A stretch of DNA of 64,000 nt, from NCBI RefSeq assembly GCF_964194025.1, contig NC_134473.1, positions 74,834,001-74,898,000 on the forward strand, read 5' to 3'. The notes beneath the pieces are model-generated. The model ran no database searches and was not told where the DNA came from. It was given only the letters and a program-made list of their open reading frames with translations. The DNA comes from Convolutriloba macropyga. Lineage: Eukaryota. This document shows positions 13,722 to 26,779 of this stretch, one piece after another. How positions within the stretch are numbered: position 1 is the first letter of the stretch; the number at the start of each line of letters is the position of its first letter. Position numbers and translations under genes: made by a program.

Positions 13722-14388
13722 GTTGGAAAAAAGTCCCCAAATACTTTAAAATGTTGCTGTTTTTTTCCCTCGAACCCGTAACTACGCGCCACGGAGTTCT
13801 CGCATAAATTTATTTTATATTCATAAATATTAATAGGTTGACCGTTTTTCAAATATTTGCATTTTTTGCGCTGATTTTGTGAAGCCACATGGCTACTATA
13901 TAAAACTTTAATACATTATTTAAATGTTGTCAAGCTTCAAGAATTGATTTTTGAAAAAAATTCAGAAATTCTAGAAAAATTCTTACGAATCTGTTGAAAC
14001 AAAAACTTTCACAAAAAAATTTTTTACAATAAAGATACTACTTTCTACAAAATTCTCTTTTCACTCATTTTCCATAACTATAGCAAAATTTCATGCACTG
14101 TCTCATTTCAGTTAGATAAAACCATGATTTTATTTTTTCAATTAAGTAATTTAAAGTAAAGGATTCAAACATATTTTTTATTAAACTATTTTAAGAAAAC
14201 CGAACCTTAGTTTGTTATGAATTAGAAAATAATAATGTCTGATTAATAAATTTCTAACATGTAACATTAACCAAGTGGTTAGTTTCATTTACATGTTTCA
14301 GATTTAAAAAAATAATAATTTTAAATGCAACGCCTGCTGATAGTTGATGTAAATTGCCGATTTATACCGATACTTTTCTTCTTCACAG

Positions 14389-14688
14389 GACCTGCAAGAT
14401 TTTGTAGAATACTTGAAAGACGACTTGAAAAACACATACCACGATGTTAAAGACGACATCACCAAGACCTTCAATGACCTCAAATCCGACATATCCGACA
14501 CCATCAGCGACATCAAATCCGACGTCTCGGATGCCGCAGACGACTTGAAAGAGAATGCCGAGGATGTGAAAAACGACGTTGAAGAATTCGTCACTGATGA
14601 AGATAATTACATCATTTTGGGCGTGATTGCAGCCGTTTTGTTAGTCCTGCTGTACTTCTGCTGTTGTCGATCGTCCAAGAAGGATTAA
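14389..14688 (+). CDS. Coding exon 2 of the 145-aa membrane protein: 11-mer amphipathic repeats, TM helix, CCC cluster, short tail
   Basis: Acceptor CTTTTCTTCTTCACAG, phase 0, reading DLQDFVEYLKDDLKNT...YIILGVIAAVLLVLLYFCCCRSSKKD*. Third positions are GC-rich. AATAAA occurs at ~14720 and ~14970. Confidence 0.85.
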   Translation, partial: DLQDFVEYLKDDLKNTYHDVKDDITKTFNDLKSDISDTISDIKSDVSDAADDLKENAEDVKNDVEEFVTDEDNYIILGVIAAVLLVLLYFCCCRSSKKD

Positions 14689-16979
14689 TGGGAAAAAAAA
14701 CAACAACAAACCGACACGAAATAAAAAAATAAACGACAAATAACGACTTCAATACTTTTATAGAATAGACTCGACGTGTGAACCGACTCACTTATAATAA
14801 CTGACTACAGAGTATTTGACTAAAACTGATCTCAGCAAGTAATCATTTCTTCAGAATTTGATGGTTTCCACTGATTAAAAGATTTAATTCTCTTCTTAAA
14901 CTAGATGTTGGTGCTAATCGCTTATAGTTCTGTTGTATGAGTTAGACTTGCAACTACTGAAATCGACTGAATAAACTATGACTACCGAAATAGTTTTGCC
15001 TTTATTATTCTGATAAGAAATCGCCAATTCCTATCAAATTTGGAGGAGTGCAATATTTGATTTTAAATCAATTAGTTACTTCTTTAAACCTCAAGAAAAC
15101 GAAACTTAACGCCGCATAGTTATACCTAAAATGTCCCGGGCAAATACGCCAGATCTGTGTATCTTCTTTTCGCTTTTTCTATGTTAATGCATTGAAAACT
15201 TAACAATTTTGCGAAAAAAATTCTTTATCAATCAAATCAGGGCAAAACTGAAAGAATTTGCGCTAAGGTGTTTGCAAAGTGTCCACATTTTAACAGCGGA
15301 ATTGAAATACAAGCTTTGTATCCTATTTTTTGCAGGGCTCTGTAAAACATTCTAGCACAATGTAGGCATCTAATGTTCGCAATAAGGGTTACTCTATTCT
15401 CCGACTGAATGTATCTATAATCTGCGGTTAATGTATCCATATTCAACATTTGTGATTAATTTAGTGCGCGCTTTTGAGCATCTAAAAGTTATTTAAAGCT
15501 TGATAATATAGCTTCGGTAAAAATACCACAATGTTTACATTTGTTTTCAATTGTACGTCGGCAAATCTACAGCAACTCTTTCTACTTGATGATGTCCAAG
15601 ATAAATAAAAGCATGTCCCCAACAATTAAGATGTGCATTAAAAACCAATGTCTACAAAATTATAATGTTGTTTTCTCTATCAAAATCGAAGTGTCCCTGA
15701 GAAGTCCTGAGTTTTTAGGTTGGTGCCATTTAGAAATGTTTCTGAAACAGATAAAATTGGGGTTGATTCTGCTATTTTACCGAAAAACGTAGCCTTTAGG
15801 CAAAATTTTCCGTTTAAAAGACGAAGGTTTGTTCTGTAGCAACATCTTAACACCTCTTGTTCGGCCATAATCACTAAGATTCAGTCAAGAGATTTTTCGG
15901 TTAAAAATCACAATTGAAATGATAACTGTTTGCTTCGGTTTTTTTCCAATTTTTCTTGCGCTTATTTACAGGTGTCTATTGACAGGTGTCAGTTGCAAGT
16001 GTCTATTGACAGAATTTTTCTCATTTAATTAAACTTTTATTGATTTATTGAAAACTCTCAATTTGATGGAATAGTTCAATTGAAAAACAAGCATCAATTG
16101 ATAAGAGAAAAAAACACTACAAAATAGCGAAAAAAAACATTTGAAAACCTTTTTTTTCTACTGAAAAACCCCCTCCAATTGACAAGTTAACGCTTTTCTG
16201 AATACCTTACTGAGCAAAATTTCATCGCGGCTAATGTAATAATTTTGTCAAAACTACATGAATAGGTACCAAAATTGAACTTATCACCTAATTTCCAACT
16301 TGAAAGTTTCTCAAGTTCGCAAAAACGGCAGAACCACGTTCGCAAAACCAAGTTGGCTAACAGACCATTCACTGGTCTCTTTTTTGCAGATTTTAGGTAA
16401 CTAGATCCCCAACTGATTATTCATAACTTTTAAATAGCTTAAATTTTAGCTTACAACGCTGCGGCGTTCTGTAATGAAAGCAAAGTTAAATTTTATCATA
16501 AAATTTTTCTCAAGTAGGTTTCAGGTAAAGTCACGAAAGAACCGACAACAGTTCTAAGCAGAACTCCCACTCGGCAAAAAACCCAAAATCAATGAAAGGC
16601 GTTTAGTTAGTACAAAAAAAATTATTTAAGTTGACAGACAAAAACTGTTTGACTTGCAAACAATTGTTTTTGAGATATGATGGACGCCCTCTTCATTTTT
16701 CATCGATTAATTATCTCCTCTGAAATCAGTTGATCAAAATATGAATATTTCCTTCACAATTCATTTTTAATCAGATACAATAAATTTTCACGTACCTCTT
16801 GTTTTAGATATAGATTCCACAATTCAAGTAGATCAATTACATACACACGCTAATTTTTTTGTGGCAAAAACCATATCATTTTCAGATCAATTTTAAAGTC
16901 TTCATTAAGCCTAAGAACAAACATTTCTTGTCAAGTGGTCATGTGGAAATACTGTGCTTCTATTCACCGTTACACATGT

Positions 16980-18254
16980 TGTGACGGCTGAGCTTTCTAA
17001 CTCAATAACCAAATTGAATGGTGCTTCAAGGCCATTTCAAGCATTAACGCTAGAATAGCTTGACAAGCGAAAATTAACGCTACATTCTACTGAAGCCATA
17101 CGGATTTTTACAATTTGTTCAACAATTATATTTAGTAACTGTTATTAATACGCAATCGTCACACATGAACTTAAACTGAAACTCGAACTCGAACTCGAAC
17201 TATGCTATTATTGCCACGTATTCAAGTGTTCACAATCTCACAAATTTAGCTCAAACGGAGCAAGAGATGCACAACTTGGTCACCCAGATTCGATGAATTT
17301 TGCGATATACATACCAATTCAGAGAGCGCGGGGCACCGTTTACGGTATCCCGAAACCCAAACTCATTGTATTCAGAGAATCATACAACTTAGTGACATAC
17401 CACCAATCAAGGATGCAATTTTTGACATGTAGGACAGTAAAAATAGAGCTTGAAAAACTACTAAAAATAGTTGAAACCCGTAAATTTAGTTACATCAAAC
17501 GGACATACAGTGCGTTTTGAAGCACACTTTTTTGAGCGGTAAATAACTTGTTATTGTGTCTTGTTTCTGGAGGTGATATTAGTGATTGTACAGTTTTAAC
17601 TTTGTTTTGACTTGTGAAAAGAGTTTTCACTTTATTTTAACTTTATTTTAAGTTTATTTTGACAAAGTAGAGTTAGAAACTTTGATATTCTCAATACTTT
17701 CTTTCTGAGGAACGAAGTTCCCAAGGAAGAGAAACTTTGTGCAAAGCATAAAGTCAGTTTCTCTCACTGGATTTAACGAAGTCTATTCTACTTTGATATT
17801 GGTGTTATTGAGGCCAATAGAGAGACTTGCTTACACTGAATTTAGAAATTTTATTTTTGTTGTTCAGTTACAAATACAGTATTTCTGACTGTTTTTGCAA
17901 TCTTTGAGATCGAAAATAAAACTTTGCATGACTATAGCCAAGTTATGGGGCTACATCTTGTAGGAACGGAAATTCCTAAATTCAATTTTTAAATTGAGTT
18001 ATTAACAAAAACTCATCAAAAAATTTGATTGTTTGAATTTGAATTATTTTGTTATTCTGAGAGAAACAAGTTAGTTATACAGCCAGGCTGAACAATTAGT
18101 TATCAAGAGCTATTGAGAACAAGTAATGCAACGGTAAGCTACAGCATAGCGGATAAAACAGTTCAAAAAACATAACTGCAAAAACACAATATCCTGACAG
18201 ATAACCGGGCGGTGTAAATTTTTCATCGACTTTGATAGGAGAGCAGCCGTTATA
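16980..18254 (+). repeat. BEL/Pao 5' LTR (1275 bp)
   Basis: Colinear with 24147-25438. It ends CAGCCGTTATA (terminal CA changed to TA). Confidence 0.95.
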
Positions 18255-18256
18255 TC

Positions 18257-18274
18257 TGGACCGTCGACCCCGAC
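18257..18274 (+). promoter_or_regulatory. Primer-binding site, degenerate tRNA-Tyr-like (TGGACCGTCGACCCCGAC)
   Basis: Lies 2 nt after the 5' LTR and resembles the TGGTCCTTCGA type of PBS common in BEL elements. Confidence 0.6.
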
Positions 18275-18299
18275 AGTGGAAGACAAACTGCTGTCCAGT

Positions 18300-21200
18300 C
18301 TGATGAAGAGAGTGCCGAAGGCACCCCCCAAACAGAATCAAACAAATCAACAGCAACAGTCCAGTGACGCGAACAGAAGAGTGCAATTCAATAAAGTATT
18401 TGAAGTGCGAACCCTGCTCAAAGGTAACCAGCAGAGCAAAAGCAAACAGCAAGCAGGCAACCCAGGCACAACCCGCAGAGAAGAGCTTCAATCAACAGTT
18501 CACAGATACGACAAGAAGCTTCAAGTGTTAGTGGAAGAAATTAACACTAAACAAAGGCTTGGCTACAAAATAATTGAAGATTCAGATCGACCAAACAAAC
18601 TAAAGGTCCTCTATCAACAGACTGTTCATCTTCGAGAAGAAGAAATACCCAAGCAACTGCAGCGTTGAAATTAGCTTGTGCCCTATCAAGCAAATTTGCC
18701 GAAGAATATCTGAAAGAAGCAAGGAACTGGAAAGCAAGTTTGGACTATCATTGGCTTGCATATGTAAGCAAAGGCACGCAAACAGAAATGAATGCAGAGC
18801 AAAGGAACACAACTCAAGCAGTGAACGACAACGAGAGCAACAATAACTAACCAACGAACAACCCAGTTGCTCCAACAGTGCAAAATGGAGCAACAGCAAA
18901 TGACCAAGAGACGGAGAATGTTTCAGAGACATCTTCAGCTAAGCAAAGACGTGTGGAAAGGATGCAGAAATATCGAAATCGAAAACAAGATGTGACTGGA
19001 ACAAGCAAAGTTTGAGCGGAGGAGGCTAGAGCTGGAAATGCAAATGAAGGAACTGGAAACTAAGCGTCAACTACTGGAGGAAGAGCGTGAGCTAGAGCGC
19101 AATGTGAAGAAAACAGCATTAGAGAATATGATGTTCGTCCCAATCAACTAGTGCCCGAGACAAGTCACCCTTCAACTGGACCTCAAAAAAGAGACGTCTC
19201 TCAGACTGGGCCAGTAGGATCGACAATTTTCTAACACCAGATCGATCAACAGCTCGCTTCGAAGCAACCCCTGAAGTGAACAGGCAGAATCCCTTCTCAC
19301 GATATCGGAGTTCACGAGACCGTTCCTCAAGTGTTTAAGACCGGGATGTTTCCCCCAGAGTTGTTCTACCATACAATAGTGGCCATTCAGGTAGCAGTAA
19401 CCTACGAATGCTGAAGTTGAACAACTTCGACGGAAACCCTCTCGAATGGTCGGAGTGGTCTAGTATGTTCATTGCTACGGTGGACCAATGATCAATACCA
19501 GACTCAAAGAAGAAGAACCATCTAAAGACTCTACTGACAGGCAAGGCAAGGTCAGCAACCTCCGGATCGGGTTATTCTGGACAGTTCTATGGTGCTACAT
19601 TCTGGAGAGGAAGTTTGGATGGCCTCATTTGTTCATTGATGCACAACTGGATAGTAATCGCAAAGCAAGTCAGGTGAAACCTTACGCCGCAACAGGTCTG
19701 ATCAGTTTCTCAGTTATTGTTTCGAACTTTGTGAGCGTGCTCAAAGAGTACAAGCAGACTGATGATCTGCAATCAAGCTCGACACTGTATGTGGCAGTAG
19801 ATAAGCTACCTCAAGTTCTCAAAGAGAAGTGGTGGTTCTATGTTGATGATAAAGAAAAAGATTGGCCGGATCTGATTATGTCTGAAGAATGGCTATCTAG
19901 AATAGCATTCGCGCAAGAAGGGTTTTCAGCTTTCAATAGAGAGCGAAGAGAAGAGGACCGAAGAATCACAATTAGATGCAAACGGCTCTCGAAAACATCG
20001 AATTTCAGTGCAACTTCGAACGTAAAGGAAACCAAACAAATGCAAAGTGATCAATGTCCGCTATCTGATGACACTCATAAAATATGGAACAGTCCACTAT
20101 TCAGGAACATGAGTGTGAATGATAGATAAGCAGCAGTGAGGAAGCAACGCTTATGTTACGGATGTCTGGGCAAAGGACATGCAATCAAAGATTGTAAAGT
20201 CAATGCGTGCGGCATCAATGGATGCATCAAGAAGCACAACCGATTGCTGCACTCAGAAAACCAAATGGACGAGGGCAATCACTCAGTCAACGTAAGCGCA
20301 GCAACAATCAACCACAGTAACGAAGTTACAAGCTTTCTTCAGATAGTTCCTGTCTCAATACAGAGCGGTGGCAACAGGCTGCACACATATGCATTCCTCG
20401 ATAGTGGATTAACGGTTTCATTTGTCGATCAAAGTGTGCGAGAGATGTTACGAGCCCAAGGCAACGATGTGAAGCTCAACATAGCTTGAATACACGGAAC
20501 AAAGGATCTGAAGACAAAGAAGGTTCCTCTCAAAATAAGGCGACTGCCTCAAAGGTGCATTCAATCGACGCGTTTGCACCCACGCCAATCTCCAAAGGAG
20601 ACACAAACTACAACTAAAACAAGCTGAAGCAAAGCTTCAATCACTAAAGTGTTCTACCCAACAAGAGCCTTATTTTGATGGAAGTTGCATCATCCTTGGT
20701 CAAGATGCTTACGAGCTACAACGCCCATTGGACTACAAGATAGGAACACGAAGTGAACGATTCGCCGTTCTAACAGAGCTAGGATGGAATGTCAGTGGAC
20801 CCATGACGGCAAAAGAAGACAAAATGTTTGTCATTTTGCCTTCACAGAAGATGTGAAAGTGGCTGAGAATATCCAAACCTGGTGGGACAAAGAAACCTAT
20901 ACTTCCAAAATCAATGTTGTCAGCCAGTCAAAGAAGAAACTGCAGGCACAAAGGAACAAAGGATGCTAGAGAGTACGACAAAGTTCACAGGCGAGCGGTA
21001 TGAATTGGGAATGCTATGGAGTGAACCAGAGTCAAACCTAACGAACAACTACAGCTCAGCCTTGGGTCAGCATTACTCACTGGATAGGAAGATTCCAAAG
21101 GGACCCACACCTGAAAAGTCTGTATCAACAGTCAATAGATACAGATGTAGAAGATGGATTCGTAAAGATATTGAAGGGATCCGAAGTGAAAAGCACCTTC

Positions 21201-24146
21201 GGGAAGGAATGATATTTTCCACACAATCCAGTGACTGGTTTGCAATGCCGCATCAAAGTACAAAGGAGTATGCCTAAATGATACGCTACTAGCAGGACCT
21301 TATCTGCTACACGGGTTGATTGGAACAATCTTCAGATTTCGTGAAAGACCAACAGCCCTAACCGCTGACATCGAATCGATGTTTCTACAAGTTCAAGTTC
21401 CCGAACAGGATAGAATCTGTTTGAGGTTTTTATGGCGTCCAGGAACAAACGAACCTGTTTAGATATACGAACATCAGCGTCATGTATTCGGAGCTAATAG
21501 TTCTCTAACTCGTGCAAAATATGCTCTCAAGCGGGTGGGACTGGACAACGAAGAAGAGTATCCGATTGCAGCAAAGGCAATACAAAACAACTTCTACTTG
21601 GACGATTTCATCTAATCAGTAGAAATTTCTGAAAGGGCAATTGAGTTCTTCAATCGACCACAACCTCTTCTCTCACGAACTTGATTTGAACTGAAGAAGT
21701 GGATAAACAACAACAATGCAGTTACAGAAGCAATCCCAGAAGACTTGAAGTCAATCAGCAGCACGAAGCAAGTCGAAGTAGAACCCAATATGGAGGGCTC
21801 CTCAGTGCTAGGACTGCACTGGACCGTTACTGATGCTAGTCTTCAAGTTGACAGAGGTACAAACGAAGAGGTTGAAACACCTATAACCCAGAGGAAGATT
21901 CTGTCAATCGTATCTTCAATATTCGACTCGATCGGATTGTTTGCTCCGTTCATTGTTCACATGAGAAGACTTCTGAAAGGCATCTGGAGAAAGAATAGAC
22001 AACATTAGGACAACGAAGTGGAGCCTGCTGAAGAAGAAGAGTTCTTGAGATGGAAAAAACAACTTCAATTTGTAGCCGAGACAAGCATCGATAGAAGATA
22101 CTTCAACGGAGAGAGGTATAAAACCAAACTTCACGTGTCTGCTGACGCTTATGAAGACACGATGTGTGCAGTAGCCTATCTACGTTCACAACCAAAAGAA
22201 TACTCAGCTGACTTAGCATTTGTCATTGGCAAATGCATAGTGGCACCGATGAGGCATCTTTCAATAACACGATTGGAATTGCAAGCGGAAGTTATGGCAG
22301 TCAGGTTGAAGGAGCAGATGGTCAAGAAACATGAAATGAAGATAAATAGTTGCAGTTTTTCGTCAGGCTCAATTACAGTACTGCAGTGGATACACAGTTC
22401 CCATCGTAAACAACAAGTGTTTGTGGCCAATCGAGTGGCTGAGATGCTAGATACAACTGATGTTTCACAGTGGAAACATGTGAGCGTTATCAACAACCCA
22501 GCGGACATTGGCACCAGAGCAACTAACATTGAGGAACTCAAGAGAAGTGACTGGCTCACTGGGCCGGCTTGATTGAATCGACCAGAAAGTGAACCCAATC
22601 TTTGCATCAGATGAAGAGAATAAACCTTCATCAGTTTTCATGATACAGGCTGAGGAGAAGAAAGCTGTTATTCAGTTGGAACAATTCAGTAACTTTAACA
22701 GACTAGTAAATATAGTGGCACACGTACAGCGAGCATTAAGCAAACACAAAACAGCAACACTCGTAGTCAGCATTAAAGAAAAAGAAAAAGCAGAAGCAAC
22801 AATCTTCAAGCTACTACAGCTAGAACAGTTTGGTGAAGAGATGAAATCTCTAAAAGCTGAAAAGGAAACTCCAAAAAGCAGCAAAATCTTACAATTCTCC
22901 TCAATCCTAGATGAAGAAGGACCTAATCGAGCCAAAGGCAGAATAGGCAAAACTCAATTGGACTTCAATGCAAAGCATCCAATACTGTTACATTGAAAAC
23001 ATCATGCGGTTGAATTATTCTTGCGAAATGAGCACAAGGACAATCAACACGAAGGCACTGAACATGTAAAAAACACTGTTCAGCATAAAATTTGGATTCT
23101 AGGCATACGAAACGCTTTAGGATCAATCAAGAAGAAGTTTGTTACCTGCAGAAAGGGCAGAGCACAAATGATAGCACGAGTAATGGCAGATCTACCCGAA
23201 GAGCGGTTAGATGCTTCAACAGCCTTTACAAATGTTGGAGTTGACTACTTTGGCCCTTGCTTTGTGAAGATAGGGCGAAGAAACGAAGAGCAATGGTGTT
23301 GTCTTTTCACATGTCAACTGTGAGAGCGGTGCATATAGAAGTTGTACCCAAATTGGACAGAGATAGTTGTCTCAATGCAATTATGAGATTTACTGCACGA
23401 AGAGGCAAACCGAGTAAAATCATCAGTGCCAACAGAACAAACTTTGTTGGAGCTGAAAGAGTTTGCAGAGTACATTGCGGCATGAAACAAAGAGGGGATC
23501 GTGGAACATCTAATTCAGCGAGGAAACAGATGGAAGTTCAACTCACCCACAGCACCTCCCTTTAGAGGAGTATGGGAACGATTGGTGAGAAGTTGCATGA
23601 AAGCAAAGTTTGCAGTGTTGGGAAACAGAGCAGTCATAGGGGACGTTCTTTCAACTACGATGTGTATGGTTGGGCAGACAGTGAACGCAAGACGTTTGAC
23701 TCCAGTCAGTTCAGATGTTAATGACTTAGAGACATTGACACCCAATCACTTCTTGCTTGGCAGCAAGAACGTTTGCTTACCCTACCTACAATGCACAGAA
23801 GAATTTGTTGATCACCGAAAGCTCTTACGACAAACTCAAGCCTATGCAAATCTAATATGGGCCATATTTTGTATAGAATATATGCCAACTCTGAATAATC
23901 GGCAAAAATGGCGATCTACGGCGAACGAAACCCTTAAAGAAGGTGATCTCGTTTGGTTGATCAAAGAGAGCGACAAGTGAGGGTATTACATTTTAGGTCG
24001 AGTTACGGAGACCATCGATGGGTCTGACGGTGAGATCCGCTCAGCGAATTTTGAACATACGACGGAGTGTACAAGAGACCATTAGTGAAGCTCGCCCCAG
24101 TACTACCTGGCAAAGATGTTTTTGCTATGAAAAACAGGGCCGGCGA
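18300..24146 (+). pseudogene. BEL/Pao gag-pol polyprotein remnant
   Basis: LKLNNFDGNPLEWSEW (gag); triple knuckle including LCYGCLGKGHAIKDC and CGINGCIKKHNRLLH; protease AFLDSG (~20395); RT ADIESMFLQV and NFYLDDFI (~21595); RNase H LHVSADA...RLELQA...NPADIGTR; integrase GVDYFGP, GVWERLVRS, LTPNHFL. Numerous stops and frameshifts. Confidence 0.95.
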
Positions 24147-25438
24147 TGGGATAGCTGAGTTTACTAACTCAATAATCAAATTGAATGGCACCTCAAGTGG
24201 CCATTTCAAGCATTAAAGCTAGAATAGCATGACAAGCGAAGTTTAATTCTAAATTCTACTGAAGCCATACGGATTTGTTCACTTTGTTCAACATTTATAT
24301 TTAGTTACTATTATTAGTACGTAATCGTCACACATGAAGTTAAATTGAAATTCGAACTCAAACTGCGCTATTACTGCCACGTATTCAAGTTTTCATAATC
24401 ATACAAATTTAGCTAGCTGAAACAGAGCAAGAGATACCCAAATTGTTCAGCCAGATTCGATTAATTTTGCGATTTTTATACCAACTCAGTGAGTGCGGGC
24501 ACCGTAAACGGTATCGAAAAACCCATACTCAGTTTATTTAGCGAATCTTATGACATAGTGATCTATAACCCATCAGAGATGCAATTTTTTACATGTACGG
24601 CAGTATAAATCGAGCTTGAAAAACTACCAAAAAAATAGTTGAAACTCGTAAATTTGGTTATATTAAACTGACATACAGTGCGTTTTGAAGCACACTTTTT
24701 TGAGCGCTAAATTACTTCTTATTGTGGCTTGTTTCTGGAGATGATATTAGTGATTGTACAGTTTTAACTTTGTTTCGACTTGTGAAAAGAGTTTTCACTT
24801 TATTTTAACTTTATTTTAACTTTATTTTGACAAAGTAGATTTAGAAACTTTGATATTCTCAATACTTTCTTTCTGAGGAACGAAGTTCCCAAGGAAGAGA
24901 AACTTTGTGCAAAGCATAAAGTCAGTTTCTCTCACTGGATTTAACGAAGTCTATTCTACTTTGACATTGGTGTTATTGAGACCAATAGAGAGACTTGCTT
25001 ACACTGAATTTAGAAATTTTATTTTTGTTGTTCAGTTACAAATACAGTATTTCTGACTGTTTTTGCAGTCTTTGAGATCGAAAGTTGAAACTTTTCTTGA
25101 CTATAGCCAAGTTATAGGGCTACAATTTGTGGGAACTGGAATTCCTAATTTCGATTTATAAATTGAGTTATTAACAAAAACTCATCAAAAATACGATTGT
25201 TTCAATTTGATTTATTTTGTTATTCTGAGAGAAACAAGTTAGTTATACAGCAAAATGAACAATTAGTTATCAAGAGTAATTGAGAGCAAGTAATGCAACG
25301 GTAAGCTACAGTATAGCGGATAATACAGTTCATAAAAGTTAACTGCAAAAACACAATATCCAGACAGATTTGAAACCGCTGAAACGAACTGGGCGGTGTA
25401 AAGTTTTCCTTGACTTTGATAGGAGAGCAGCCGTTACA
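24147..25438 (+). repeat. BEL/Pao 3' LTR (1292 bp)
   Basis: Follows the purine-rich AAAAACAGGGCCGGCGA and ends CAGCCGTTACA, followed by the TSD. Confidence 0.95.
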
Positions 25439-26779
25439 CATGTGAAGGCTTGAAATAACTCAGAAACTTACTAAACTCTCAATAAATGTATTTGGAACAA
25501 AATAAAATAGTTTTTAACTGATTCTATCAGTTATTAGATGGGCCTATTGTTGTGACTGCATGTCTGTACAGCTGTTCGCATCCCGTTTCAGCAGAGAAAT
25601 GAAAAATTTATGGATTCTAAAAAACTTTTTTGTTGCTCATTTGGTCGGACTACTGGTCATTAGTCACTTTTCTTCTCAGCGAACGGATATTCTCATATTT
25701 TTCCCACTTTAAGAATTGCAGGTAAGTTATGCAAATATAAAAAACGCATATTGTTGATCAATATTATATGAATAGATCAGTTTGGTCTGCAGCCCGAAAG
25801 AAATACAATATCGCATTAAAAATAACGTCTTATCGCTTTCATGCATATGTGAACAGAACAGACTACACGTTGTTCAATATATAGAATCAAATTAAACTAA
25901 CTCAGACACACGTTTTTTGAAAGTCACATGTCAGTTTGCTTAATATGATGTCGCAATTAGATTGTGATTTTATTTGTATTAAATCAATTATAGTCAACAA
26001 AAGAAACAATTTCAAATTACCGGTTAATTTGACGAACTTTGTAAACTTTATGCAAATTTTGATTTTATCGATAATTTGCCGGAGCGCACTTAGACGTAAT
26101 TGTGACTCAAAAGAGTTTAACTGTATTCCGAGAAAAGAGCCTGGTTTGAAATGTATATTTGTTTTATAAAAAATATATTTGATGATTTTCAGATCAATCT
26201 TTCTTTAGAAGGTCCTTTTAATTAAAACCTGAAAACTGAATTCTGGCACCCAGAATATCAAATAAACTTAGATAGTTAGTTATAAATAGAATATTTAGAT
26301 GGTAAAGTAGGTAACTACGGGCGAAAAGGCACCTTGTGATTGATTTTTGACTGATAAGAGCATGTTTGGACAAAAGCCTGTTTAATCTGAAATTAGTTTT
26401 AAAAAATTTGAGGTGAACCATAAGCGATGTGTCAAGAGGTGATTTAATGAAGTTATGATATCTGAGATTCAATATCACGATTAATAGTCAATTAACGGTG
26501 ATATTAAAAAAATTTCTGTTCATCTAAACAAGAAACTAAATTTTTTCAACCAAGGTTGTCAAATTTGCTTATTTTCAGAATTTGCAGAAACAAATTTTAG
26601 TCGGCTTGCCCTAAGCTGGTGGACAAAAAAATGACATCAGTTAGAGTTTCGCAACTTTTCACACCTTTTTGACGACGATTTAGACCCATTCGATTTTTCA
26701 GAAAATTTCAATTTGCAACCGTCAGGGTCCCAATTTTTTCCTCTAATGGGGATGATGTCTTGATAAAGAGAAAGGCTTT

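Larger units (their letters stand above)
16980..25438 (+). mobile_element. Full-length, decayed BEL/Pao LTR retrotransposon
   Basis: Two LTRs with terminal inverted repeats TGTGACGGCTG...CAGCCGTTACA, a 5-bp TSD CATGT (16975-16979 and 25439-25443), PBS, PPT-equivalent and BEL-type coding motifs. Confidence 0.97.
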
